From positions 128,015-192,014 of the forward strand of contig JAPPIB010000055.1 of the NCBI GenBank assembly GCA_028820695.1: DNA of 64,000 nt. Direction: 5' to 3'. The notes below the pieces were generated by a model, which made no database searches, had not been told where the DNA came from, and saw nothing but the letters and a program-made list of their open reading frames with translations. Of this stretch, positions 10,582 through 19,675 are shown in pieces (position 1 is the stretch's first letter; each line of letters begins with the position of its first letter). This DNA comes from Acidiferrobacterales bacterium. Lineage in GTDB: Bacteria; Pseudomonadota; Gammaproteobacteria; Arenicellales; JAJDZL01. The translations under genes were made by a program, and so were the position numbers.

Positions 10582-11043
10582 ATGTCCATAAATATTCAAG
10601 TTTCAAGTTCGTCCACAGACCTGCCCGCCGATACAGACATCGACGATTGGATACGTCAGACCTTGGTCCACGCCAATCGGGTCGATGCCGAGGTGACGCT
10701 GCGGGTTGTGGATGAGTCGGAAATCACCGACCTGAATCGCGTCTATCGGGATAAGAACTCTCCCACGGATGTGCTCGCATTTCCAAATCCCCTGCCACAG
10801 GAAATCGACATGGATCTTCTCGGTGATGTGGTTGTCTGTGCCGGGATAATCAACCAGCACGCGTTCGATCACAAGATTTCCCAATCAGCTCACTGGGCCA
10901 GAGTCATTGCACATGGGATTTTGCATCTGTGTGGATATGACCACGCACAACCCGACGATGCGACACACATGGAACGGGCGGAGGCGGAAATCCTTAAGCA
11001 AGTCGGACTTGTTCATGCAGAGCTTTTGAGATCGGAATCATGA
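10582..11043 (+). CDS. ybeY: rRNA maturation endoribonuclease YbeY
   Basis: 153 aa with the zinc motif HGILHLCGYDH and conserved position after phoH. Confidence 0.9.
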   Translation: MSINIQVSSSSTDLPADTDIDDWIRQTLVHANRVDAEVTLRVVDESEITDLNRVYRDKNSPTDVLAFPNPLPQEIDMDLLGDVVVCAGIINQHAFDHKISQSAHWARVIAHGILHLCGYDHAQPDDATHMERAEAEILKQVGLVHAELLRSES

Positions 11044-11891
11044 GCGATCGAAAACTTTTACTCCAGTCGCTGTCCGGAAAGCTGCGAAGCAAACTTGCAC
11101 GCGCGATTGCATCATCACCGGAATCGGCGCGAGAGGTGATTGAATTTGTTGACGATGCCACCCAAAATGACGTAATCGCGCCGGACGTTAACGAAATCAT
11201 CCAACGTGTGATCGGAGTGTCCGAACTTCGAGTCAAGAATGTGATGATTCCCCGCGCACTGATGGTTACGATCGACATCGACTCCAGTGTCGACGAAGTT
11301 CTGAAAATTGTGACTGAATCCGGCCATTCGCGATTTCCGGTGCTGGGCGGTCATTCAGACAATGAACAACAGGGTGTTCTGCTGGCGAAAGATCTGCTGC
11401 AGTACATTCAGGACGTCTCCATACAGGAGTTCAGTCTTCATGACAATCTGCGCGATGCAATGCTGGTCCCCGAAGCGATGCGCCTCAATACACTGCTCAA
11501 ACTGTTTCAGTCGACCCGCAACCATATGGCTATCGTGGTCAACGAATACAATGGAATTGCCGGGTTGATCACCATCGAGGATGTGATCGAGGAGATTGTC
11601 GGCGAGATTGAGGATGAGTCAGATTATGACGAGTCCGAAAGAATCACAAAAATCGCCGACAATCAGTACATGGTGCATGCACAAACTGAGATCAGTGACT
11701 TCAACGAGACTTTTAACGTCAATATCGACGAAGATACCGACACGATCGGAGGAGTTATGTTAAAGTTGGCTGGCAAGGTTCCGGATGAGGGAGATGTTTT
11801 CGACTACGAGGGACTGCAGTTTACGATCGTCAGTGCTGATCAGCGGAAAATTCTCTCTTTACGGGTAACTCCCAAGAATTCTGACAGGTAA
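11040..11891 (+). CDS. corC: CBS-domain Mg/Co efflux protein CorC (YbeX)
   Basis: 283 aa with a CBS pair and CorC_HlyC C-terminus (IAGLITIEDVIEEIVGEIEDE). Its start overlaps the ybeY stop by 4 nt. Confidence 0.88.
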   Translation: MSDRKLLLQSLSGKLRSKLARAIASSPESAREVIEFVDDATQNDVIAPDVNEIIQRVIGVSELRVKNVMIPRALMVTIDIDSSVDEVLKIVTESGHSRFPVLGGHSDNEQQGVLLAKDLLQYIQDVSIQEFSLHDNLRDAMLVPEAMRLNTLLKLFQSTRNHMAIVVNEYNGIAGLITIEDVIEEIVGEIEDESDYDESERITKIADNQYMVHAQTEISDFNETFNVNIDEDTDTIGGVMLKLAGKVPDEGDVFDYEGLQFTIVSADQRKILSLRVTPKNSDR

Positions 11892-11931
11892 GCTGTGCGA
11901 CACTGACAGCCGGCGATCTGACGGTAGCGAA

Positions 11932-13416
11932 TTGAAATCAAATCTGCTGAAGCTTCTGTCGGCGTTCGGGGCCGGGCTTCTCACCAATGCCGCGTTTGAG
12001 CCGGGTGGTGTATTTCCCCTGGTGTTTGTCACGCTTGCCGTCCTGTTCTGGATCTGGAGCGAATCATCTGCCAGAATCTGCGCGTGGAGCGGCTTCGTGT
12101 TTGCCTTGGGATTCTACGGATTCGGAATCCACTGGATATACAACAGCTTGCACGATTTCGGCGGAGCGCCTCCTGGGCTGGCCGGGTTCATGGTTTTTGC
12201 ACTGGCCTGTTTCCTGTCGTTGCTGGTCGCGGCCGGTGGGTTTCTCCAGGCAAGGTTGCGAATTTCCGGGACATTGCGTTGCCTGGCAGTCATTCCTGCA
12301 GTGTGGGTTGCTGTGGAGTGGATACGCAGCTGGATACTGACTGGGTTTCCGTGGCTTTACGTCGGCTATAGTCAGACGGACAGCTGGCTGGCCGGATGGG
12401 CTCCGATTCTGGGTGTTCTGGGAGTCAGTTTCATGGTTTGCCTGATTGCCGGGTTTTTGGTGCATTCGTACCGAACTGGATTCCGGATCGATGTGATGGT
12501 CCTGACACTCGCCGTCGCACTGGCTGGACTGTGGGGCAGGACGATTGACTGGACCAGCGAAACTCATCCGCCGATCAATGTGGCGATTGTTCAAGCCGAT
12601 GTAGACATTCTGGATAAGTGGAACTTCAACAACGCCCGTTCGCATCTGGATTTTTTCGTCGCACAGACTGCGGCACTGGTGAATCAGGACCTTGTGCTGT
12701 GGCCCGAGATCGCAATTGTCCAGACTGACAGGCGACTTGATAAGCTCAAGCTGTGGAGGCTTCTTGAGAGCCTTGCGCCGGATGTTCTGGTAGGCGTGGT
12801 TGAAGAACAGCAGATCGACGACAGGACAGTCCACTACAACAGCGCATTCGGAATCAGTGATGATGTTCACAAGTATCGCAAACGTCACCTCGTTCCCTTC
12901 GGCGAATTCATTCCGTTTCGTTCGCTACTCGGTTGGCTGAACAACTATATCGAGATTCCGGAATCAGATTTCACATCCTATGATGGAATTCAGCCTCCCC
13001 TCGTTCTCGCGGGTCAGCCGGCAGCCATCTCAATCTGTTATGAGGATGCCTTCCCCCTCGAGTTCTTCCAGGTGCTTCCGGAAGCTACTTATCTGGTCAA
13101 TCTCAGCGAAGATGCATGGTTTGGCGACAGACTCGCTCCGTTTCAGAGGCTGCAGATGTCGCGTATGCGGGCGATTGAGGCTGCCCGGCCGCTACTTCGG
13201 GCTGCCAACAAAGGCATTTCTGCGGCCGTTGATCACAAAGGGAACGTCGTAGCCCAACTCATGCAGGACGAGGGCAAGGTACTGAAGACACAGATCACGC
13301 CCAAGTCAGGGTCTACGCCTTACGTCCGGTTCGGAAACGTGCCTGTGCTGCTGTTATGTGTGATCTCGTTTGCGCTCGCGTTGGTGCGTAGGAGACCTGC
13401 CCGGGAAGCGGGCTAG
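11932..13416 (+). CDS. lnt: apolipoprotein N-acyltransferase
   Basis: 494 aa with N-terminal TM helices and a CN-hydrolase domain (WPE..., ISICYED, NLSEDAWFG). It completes the conserved miaB-ybeZ-ybeY-corC-lnt order. Confidence 0.9.
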   Translation: MKSNLLKLLSAFGAGLLTNAAFEPGGVFPLVFVTLAVLFWIWSESSARICAWSGFVFALGFYGFGIHWIYNSLHDFGGAPPGLAGFMVFALACFLSLLVAAGGFLQARLRISGTLRCLAVIPAVWVAVEWIRSWILTGFPWLYVGYSQTDSWLAGWAPILGVLGVSFMVCLIAGFLVHSYRTGFRIDVMVLTLAVALAGLWGRTIDWTSETHPPINVAIVQADVDILDKWNFNNARSHLDFFVAQTAALVNQDLVLWPEIAIVQTDRRLDKLKLWRLLESLAPDVLVGVVEEQQIDDRTVHYNSAFGISDDVHKYRKRHLVPFGEFIPFRSLLGWLNNYIEIPESDFTSYDGIQPPLVLAGQPAAISICYEDAFPLEFFQVLPEATYLVNLSEDAWFGDRLAPFQRLQMSRMRAIEAARPLLRAANKGISAAVDHKGNVVAQLMQDEGKVLKTQITPKSGSTPYVRFGNVPVLLLCVISFALALVRRRPAREAG

Positions 13417-14759
13417 ACGAGCACCAGTGCGGCAAACCCGAGTATCGCGAGGAAGCCTACTACATCGGTGATGGTGGTCAGCGCGACCCCGGCAGCCAAT
13501 GAGGGGTCAATGCCGACTCGTTCCAGAAGCACTGGCAGCAGCACACCCGATGCCGCAGACACACAGATGTTGACCAGCATTGCAATCGCGACAATTGCCG
13601 CGAGACCATAGTTCTGGTACCACAGAATCGAGATGCAGGCGACAACCAGTGCCCACACCAGTCCATTCAGCCCCCCGACCAACAGTTCTTTTTTCAGTAC
13701 GTCCTTCGCATTTGCGATTGAGATTGTGCCCACGCCCAATCCGCGGATGACTTTGGTCAGGGTCTGGGTGCCGGCATTACCTCCCATACTGGCGATGATC
13801 GGCATCAGTACAGCCAGCGCAACAAGTTTTTCGATCGCCTCCTCGAACTGTCCGATCACCCAGGATGCCAAAACTGCTGTGACCAGATTCACACCAAGCC
13901 AGATCGCGCGTTTTCGCGCAGTCTGAAATACCGGTGCGAAGATATCCTCCTCATCGTCCAGCCCCGCTGGAGCCAGAAATGTACGACTGGCGGAATCCTG
14001 AATCACGTCGACCACATCATCAATCGTAATCCTGCCGATCAAATGACCCTTGTCATCAATGACCGGTGCAGAGGTCAGGTCGTAACGCTCAAACGAATTC
14101 GCGACATGCTCTTCCGAGTCAGACGGACTGAACGTGTGTGGGCTCTCGTCCATGACGGTTGAAACCTGCTGACTCAGATCAGAAGTGACAAGATTACGCA
14201 GCAGCAGGGTGCCTCGAAGCATCCCTTCCCGGTCTACGACATAGAGTTTGTCGGTCGGTTCAGGCAGTTCTCCTCGCAGACGCAGATACCGCATCACGAC
14301 ACCGACTGAAATCGTCTCGCGAACGACGACGGTATCTACGTTCATCAGTCTCCCGGCGGTCTGCTCCTCGTAGGACAAGACCGCACCGAGACCTTGCCGC
14401 CTATCCTCGTCGACCGCCACCATCACATCGGCGATAATCTGCGACGACAAGTCAGGCACCAGCTCGGCAATATCGTCGATGTCCAACTTCTGGATCGCGC
14501 GCACCAAGGTGCTTGAATCCATATTGGCGATCAGGTTCTCACGAACCCCGTCGGATGCCTTGGCGAGAATCTCACCCATGTCTGACTCCGCGACCTCAAA
14601 CCAGATCAGACGTCTTTGCTCGGGTGGAATGCTCTCGAGTATCTGTGCAAGATCGGCCGGGTGCAGGCCATGAATCGTATCGCGCAACTCACTGGCTGCG
14701 CCGTGTTGCAGCCGTTGCAACACAAACTCTCGAAGTTCGGAATGTTCGCCGGTGGACAT
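13413..14759 (-). CDS. mgtE: magnesium transporter MgtE
   Basis: 448 aa with an MgtE N-domain, a CBS pair and a C-terminal TM domain (GNAGTQTLT, TDVVGF). Confidence 0.92.
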   Translation of the reverse strand: MSTGEHSELREFVLQRLQHGAASELRDTIHGLHPADLAQILESIPPEQRRLIWFEVAESDMGEILAKASDGVRENLIANMDSSTLVRAIQKLDIDDIAELVPDLSSQIIADVMVAVDEDRRQGLGAVLSYEEQTAGRLMNVDTVVVRETISVGVVMRYLRLRGELPEPTDKLYVVDREGMLRGTLLLRNLVTSDLSQQVSTVMDESPHTFSPSDSEEHVANSFERYDLTSAPVIDDKGHLIGRITIDDVVDVIQDSASRTFLAPAGLDDEEDIFAPVFQTARKRAIWLGVNLVTAVLASWVIGQFEEAIEKLVALAVLMPIIASMGGNAGTQTLTKVIRGLGVGTISIANAKDVLKKELLVGGLNGLVWALVVACISILWYQNYGLAAIVAIAMLVNICVSAASGVLLPVLLERVGIDPSLAAGVALTTITDVVGFLAILGFAALVLV

Positions 14760-14854
14760 GGGATTTACTTGTGAATCAGGCGCGGTGAGAAGGGCGACCG
14801 CTTGTTTCGGAGGTTATAAGTGTAGCACGCAACTGCTCAGGTCATATTCGACTC

Positions 14855-14882
14855 ATTATACGGACAGAGCCTGAACCGGCAA
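14855..14882 (-). promoter_or_regulatory. putative sigma70 promoter of mgtE (TTGCCG-16 nt-TATAAT)
   Basis: The reverse complement reads TTGCCGgttcaggctctgtccgTATAAT, about 95 nt upstream of the mgtE start. Confidence 0.4.
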
Positions 14883-15064
14883 ACAGTTCAGACTTTCCGC
14901 CACTAACGGGCAGCGCTTATCCCGGCTGGCTGCATCCGGGATGCGGGACTTGTATTGGAATGGTGCAGACAGTTCGCTTGCAGCAATCTTGCCTGATCAG
15001 CAACTGATCGCGTGAATGGATGCCTGGGCAGTTAAGAAAAAAACAGTGCTGGTAAAGTATGCGG

Positions 15065-15469
15065 CTAGTCCTGCGACATCTCCGCATTCGATATTCCGAC
15101 TTGGACGATGCGCGGCTTGTCAACGCCTGCGACGCCGACATACTTGAATAACGCGCCGTCCAGCTCGCGGGGCTGTGTATTCTGAACGACAACGGTCTGG
15201 GTGCCGCTCAGCAGGGCGGCAAATGGAGCTGATTGAGAATCCGCCTCGGAATCGGCAGGGAATTTGAAGGATTCGACGCCAGTGTTCGTGAACTCTACGT
15301 TACCCTGTTCATCGCTGACCCAGAATTCTGAAATGACCGATTGGTTCGCCACCTTGGTCAGTACCGCATTGATCGCGCCGGCATCCAGTCCGGCCTTGAT
15401 CGCGGCATCAACGTAATGTGCTGTCAGAATCGCTTGCGCCACCATATGTTTCGAAATGTTGTTTTCCAT
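15065..15469 (-). CDS. hypothetical protein (134 aa), soluble, sensor-domain-like
   Basis: Strong AGGAGG-type SD (ccacAGGAGGcagcaag ATG). There is no TM segment. The pattern ...EFWVSDEQGNVEF...LFKYVGVAGVDKPRIVQVG resembles Cache-like ligand-binding domains (weak, by eye). Confidence 0.55.
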   Translation of the reverse strand: MENNISKHMVAQAILTAHYVDAAIKAGLDAGAINAVLTKVANQSVISEFWVSDEQGNVEFTNTGVESFKFPADSEADSQSAPFAALLSGTQTVVVQNTQPRELDGALFKYVGVAGVDKPRIVQVGISNAEMSQD

Positions 15470-15796
15470 CTTGCTGCCTCCTGTGTTCGAGATCTGGCGT
15501 TTAACGGATGCTGACTTGATGTTATTGTGATCCAGAAATGGAGTGACACAACATACACCCGTCCAGCAGCTATTTTACAGTCCGCGGAAAGTTCGCAAGT
15601 GCGAAATGAGAAACCATTCAGCGGATGAGGTATGGCGCTGCATGCATTTTGCATGCCTCAGTCTATTCCAAAGACATTGCGGTCAAAACAAGGATCAACC
15701 ATATTTCAGTCATTGATCTGGCACTTGGTGATTCACGGCCGAATCCCAATTGCCCCAATCCGTGTGATTGCGTGGCTTCGCGATCAGCGGACTATT

Positions 15797-17590
15797 TCAT
15801 TGAATCTGTCTGACCGGCTGTTGGCTGGTTTGAGGTTCTTGCGGGCGGGTGTCTGCGGAATCGATCCGATTCAGCTGATCCAGCAATTCGAGGCGCTTAG
15901 AGGAGTCGTGGCACTCGATGATGCCGTCGACCTGTCCGACAACCTGTCCGACGGAACTGTTCCTCACAACCTGCTTGACCTCAAGCAGGGTTGCCGGGTC
16001 CATACTGAAAATCCTCAGTCCCATACCAAGCAGCAATCGCGTGTAGTTGCTGTCGCTTGCCATCTCCCCGCACAGTGATACCGGCTTGTCAAATTTCTGC
16101 CCGGCCTGGATTGTGTGCCTGACCAGTTTCAGCACGGATGGATGCAGCGGGTCATATAGATAGTTGACCTCGTCGTCGACCCGGTCGATCGCCAGGGTGT
16201 ACTGGATCAGATCGTTGGTGCCGATGGATAGGAAGTCCAGGTGCTGCGCAAACTGCTCTGCCGTGATCGCAGCCGCCGGCACCTCAATCATCCCTCCGAT
16301 CGGGACTGCTGAATCATGCTCTATCCCTTCTGCTCTGAGGTCATCAGCGACCTGGGCAACGATCGCCTTGACTTGTGTGAGCTCCTCAAGGTTCGACAGC
16401 ATCGGAATCATGCACTTGACCTCACCGTACACCGCGACTCGCAGGATCGCCCTCAACTGTGTGCGGAATATGTCTTCAGAGCGCAGGCAGAATCGCACTG
16501 CACGGACTCCGAGTGCGGGATTGATCGCGACTTTCCCCTGTCTGCGTCCACCATCCACCTGTTTGTCGGCTCCGAGATCGAGCGTACGGATGGTGACATT
16601 TTTCAGTGCCTGTACAACCTGCCGATAGGACTCGAACTGCTCCTCCTCAGTCGGCGACTGCTCACGGTTCATGAACAGGTATTCTGTCCGATACAGGCCG
16701 ACACCGCTCGCGCCCGATTCCAGCGCGGCATCAATTTCTGACGGCAATTCGACATTTGCGAGCAGGCTTACCTCAAAATCGTCAAGTGTGAGTGAATTCA
16801 GGTTGCGGGTCGCCAGCAGTCGCTGGTGCTGCCGATCGTACTCCTGCAGACGAAGCGTGAGTTCCCTGAGTGCAGTCTCATCCGGATTGACGATAACCTG
16901 TCCACTCTGACTGTCGACCGCGACCGTCGCCCCATGCGGAATCTGCCCGACCTCGCCGTGCAGCCCTACGACAGCAGGAATCTGGAGGCTTCGTGCAAGT
17001 ATGGCGACGTGGGAGATCCGGCTTCCCAGATCGGTTGCGAATGCCCGCATATTCATCTTCATGTACAGCACAGTATCCGCCGGAGTCAGTTCATGAGCGA
17101 CGACGATGTAATCACTCAGATCCTGTTCGGGGCGACTGTCATCGTCGCCCAACAAGACGAGCAGTTGGCGATGAATCTGGGATATGACCTGATTGACGTC
17201 ATCTTTCTTGCTTCTGAGGTATTCATCATCCATGGCATCGAACACCTTGACCAGATCATCCCGATGGATCATGAGCGCGGCGACAGCACTGACAGACTCT
17301 CTGTAAATGATCCTGACGGTCTCATCCCGCAGTGTTGCATCCTCAACCATGAGTACATGCGCTTCAAGAAACGCATCGATTTCGTGAGGTGCGTTCGCGG
17401 GCACCTCAGCCCGCGTTCTGCGAAGTGACTCGGCGGTACGTTTCAGTGCGAGATCAAGAAGTTCAACCTCAGTTTCGAGCCGCTCGGGTCCGACGGCCTC
17501 GATCGATGTATCGACAATAGCCTTATCGACGACGAAAGCGGTGCCGATTGCAATTCCAGACCCGACACCTGATCCTTGCAGCAGAATCAA
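15797..17590 (-). CDS. phosphoenolpyruvate-protein phosphotransferase (PTS Enzyme I, without a GAF domain)
   Basis: 597 aa. It has the phospho-His motif GSRISHVAILARS and the PEP-utilizer C-terminus ...SLCGEMASD. The N-terminus starts directly with the EI N-domain. Its start overlaps the npr stop by 4 nt. Confidence 0.9.
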   Translation of the reverse strand: MILLQGSGVGSGIAIGTAFVVDKAIVDTSIEAVGPERLETEVELLDLALKRTAESLRRTRAEVPANAPHEIDAFLEAHVLMVEDATLRDETVRIIYRESVSAVAALMIHRDDLVKVFDAMDDEYLRSKKDDVNQVISQIHRQLLVLLGDDDSRPEQDLSDYIVVAHELTPADTVLYMKMNMRAFATDLGSRISHVAILARSLQIPAVVGLHGEVGQIPHGATVAVDSQSGQVIVNPDETALRELTLRLQEYDRQHQRLLATRNLNSLTLDDFEVSLLANVELPSEIDAALESGASGVGLYRTEYLFMNREQSPTEEEQFESYRQVVQALKNVTIRTLDLGADKQVDGGRRQGKVAINPALGVRAVRFCLRSEDIFRTQLRAILRVAVYGEVKCMIPMLSNLEELTQVKAIVAQVADDLRAEGIEHDSAVPIGGMIEVPAAAITAEQFAQHLDFLSIGTNDLIQYTLAIDRVDDEVNYLYDPLHPSVLKLVRHTIQAGQKFDKPVSLCGEMASDSNYTRLLLGMGLRIFSMDPATLLEVKQVVRNSSVGQVVGQVDGIIECHDSSKRLELLDQLNRIDSADTRPQEPQTSQQPVRQIQ

Positions 17591-17859
17591 ATTTCGTTCT
17601 CCCCGAATCCTGAGTCGAACAGCTGCTGAACCGCCTTGTCGGCAACCGCCTCATCCGGACCATCTATCCTGAGCTCCAGTTCGGTTCCCTGCGTTGCCGC
17701 CAGCATCATCAATCCCATGATGCCTTTTGCATCGGCTGACTTGGCACCGTCAACCAGTGTTATCTCGCTCTCGAATCCGGACGCGACACGAACCAGCTGC
17801 GCAGCGGCGCGGGCGTGCAGCCCGAGTTTGTTGCGCACTTGAATGGTCGTTGACCTCAT
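17587..17859 (-). CDS. ptsO: HPr-family phosphocarrier NPr
   Basis: 90 aa with NKLGLHARAAAQLV (active-site His). The regulatory Ser46 position reads G (AKGIMGL). It sits in the conserved position after rapZ. Confidence 0.85.
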   Translation of the reverse strand: MRSTTIQVRNKLGLHARAAAQLVRVASGFESEITLVDGAKSADAKGIMGLMMLAATQGTELELRIDGPDEAVADKAVQQLFDSGFGENEI

Positions 17860-18746
17860 GGGCTCGGAAGTTCGTTGTGGCGCTTGAAAACGTCGTGCCC
17901 GCGGTCGACGAAGCGCTGTGCAATCTGTTCAACAACATACACCGACCGATGTCGACCGCCGGTGCATCCGATTGCGATGGTGAGATAGACGCGACCGGCA
18001 TCATGAAACTTTGAGAGCCACTCGGCTATGAAGCAGTCAATCTGTTCGATCATGTTTTGGACATCGGGTTTGGTGGAGAAGTATTCCTTGATCGGGCCTT
18101 CGAGACCATTGAATTTTTTCAGCTCGTCAATCCAGTAGGGATTGGGCAGACAGCGGACATCAAACACAAAATCCGCATCGAGGGGCGTGCCATGCTTGTA
18201 GGCAAAAGACTTAAACAGCAGCGACGAGTCGCTGACCCCGAAACCGGCAGCATCCTCCTGAATCAGATTGCGCAGCTCATGGGGTGAGATGCTCGTCGTA
18301 TCAAAATGCTTGGACGCCATATCCGACAATGGCGCAAGCAGCCGCTTTTCGGTCTCAATGCATTCAAGCAGTGACATCGTACCCTCCATCAGGGGGTGAG
18401 TTCGCCGCGTCTCTCCAAAGCGTTTGATCAGCGAACTGATCTCAGCATCCAGATAGATGATCTCAAACTGGACGCCGCTGCGCTGCAGGTACTGGATGTT
18501 GTCATCAAGGGAGTCAAAGAATTTCCTGTTTCTGGAGTCGATACCGACCGCTGTCCTTCGACAGAATACAAACTCAGGCTCCAACACCGAACTGATGAAT
18601 GGTTTAAGCAGCACAATCGGAAGATTGTCCACGCAATAGTAACCGAGGTCCTCCAGTGCCCGCATCGCGACACTTTTGCCCGAACCTGATAACCCAGTGA
18701 TTACCTTGAGGTACCTGACGTCGTCGTTGTTGGCACCTTGTTTCAC
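17856..18746 (-). CDS. rapZ: RNase adapter protein RapZ (P-loop NTPase YhbJ)
   Basis: Walker A GLSGSGKSVAMRALEDLGYYCVDNLP and the C-terminal motif GCTGGRHRSV. The track ORF (to 18896) overlaps ptsN. The GTG at 18746 gives ~296 aa starting MKQGANNDDVRYLKVITG. Confidence 0.9.
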   Translation of the reverse strand: MKQGANNDDVRYLKVITGLSGSGKSVAMRALEDLGYYCVDNLPIVLLKPFISSVLEPEFVFCRRTAVGIDSRNRKFFDSLDDNIQYLQRSGVQFEIIYLDAEISSLIKRFGETRRTHPLMEGTMSLLECIETEKRLLAPLSDMASKHFDTTSISPHELRNLIQEDAAGFGVSDSSLLFKSFAYKHGTPLDADFVFDVRCLPNPYWIDELKKFNGLEGPIKEYFSTKPDVQNMIEQIDCFIAEWLSKFHDAGRVYLTIAIGCTGGRHRSVYVVEQIAQRFVDRGHDVFKRHNELPSP

Positions 18747-18798
18747 GCAATCTGGTCTCGAATGAAGTGGTGTCTTAACACCCGTTGAGTTCGCTGGC

Positions 18799-19329
18799 CT
18801 AGGATCGGGCTGTGTCGACTTCAGACTCGATATTCGAAAGAATGCCGTACATTTCCTCCGAGTCGGCCGCTTGCATGAACTTCGAATACATACCATACTC
18901 CAGAAAAGCTTGAGCCAGCCGGGACAGGACCTTCAGATGCGAACTTGCACTTTCCCGGGGAACCAGCAAGCCGCAGGCCACACTGACGTATTTCCCTTCT
19001 CCCGAATCCACACACAAGGGTGTCTGCATGCGCAATATGACACCCAGTGACTCAGTCAGTGATTCCAGGCGACAGTGCGGAATCGCCACACCGTCAGCAA
19101 TCCATGTGCTGCCGATCTGCTCGCGTGCCAGCAGGGCTCGAAAAACCGTATCCTGGTCCAATGGATGCGGGCTGTTCCGGGTCAGCAGCCCCGCCATCTC
19201 CTCAAACATCCGTTTCAGGGTCGAGGCCTTGCTTGCCGTCCGAATTCTGGCCGGCGAGAAAATTTCCGTCAGCCGCGCCGAGTTCAGAACACCCGCGTCG
19301 GCTGAAGAGTGATCCGGACTTTCACTCAT
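18799..19329 (-). CDS. ptsN: PTS IIA-like nitrogen regulatory protein PtsN
   Basis: Contains the EIIA(Ntr) motif GVAIPHCR. The ATG at 19329 lies 7 nt after the hpf stop. The longer track start (19377) would overlap hpf. Confidence 0.88.
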   Translation of the reverse strand: MSESPDHSSADAGVLNSARLTEIFSPARIRTASKASTLKRMFEEMAGLLTRNSPHPLDQDTVFRALLAREQIGSTWIADGVAIPHCRLESLTESLGVILRMQTPLCVDSGEGKYVSVACGLLVPRESASSHLKVLSRLAQAFLEYGMYSKFMQAADSEEMYGILSNIESEVDTARS

Positions 19330-19336
19330 GACATGG

Positions 19337-19660
19337 TCAATAGCGGATGGTTCGCTGACCGTCGCTGTGCCGGCCATGATCAGTACGAAGTTCCTTGTGT
19401 TTGATCACCTGCCGGTCCAGCTTGCTGGACATGGCATCAATTGCCTTGAACATATCCGGTGCCTCTGACTTCGCATGAATGTACACCTTGCGCGCATGAA
19501 CAGTCGCTTCCGACTGGAAAGTGGACTTCTCCTTGTGCAGGATCACGTCAACTTTGGTGGGATGACGAAAATGGTTTCCCACCTTCTTCAGGCGCTTGTT
19601 CACATATTCCCGAACGGAATCTGTAATGTTCATATGGTGGCCTGTGATCGTAATTTCCAT
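19337..19660 (-). CDS. hpf: ribosome hibernation promoting factor (short HPF)
   Basis: MEITITGHHMNITDSVREYV... is the typical sigma54-modulation/HPF family N-terminus. The likely start is the ATG at 19660. Confidence 0.9.
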   Translation of the reverse strand: MEITITGHHMNITDSVREYVNKRLKKVGNHFRHPTKVDVILHKEKSTFQSEATVHARKVYIHAKSEAPDMFKAIDAMSSKLDRQVIKHKELRTDHGRHSDGQRTIRY

Positions 19661-19675
19661 AACAATACCTCTCAC

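Noticed and set aside
14760-15064. A possible M-box (Mg2+) riboswitch in the mgtE leader.
   Set aside because: The leader predicted from the putative promoter is only about 90 nt. I could not find the conserved M-box core sequences by eye. An Rfam scan would settle this.
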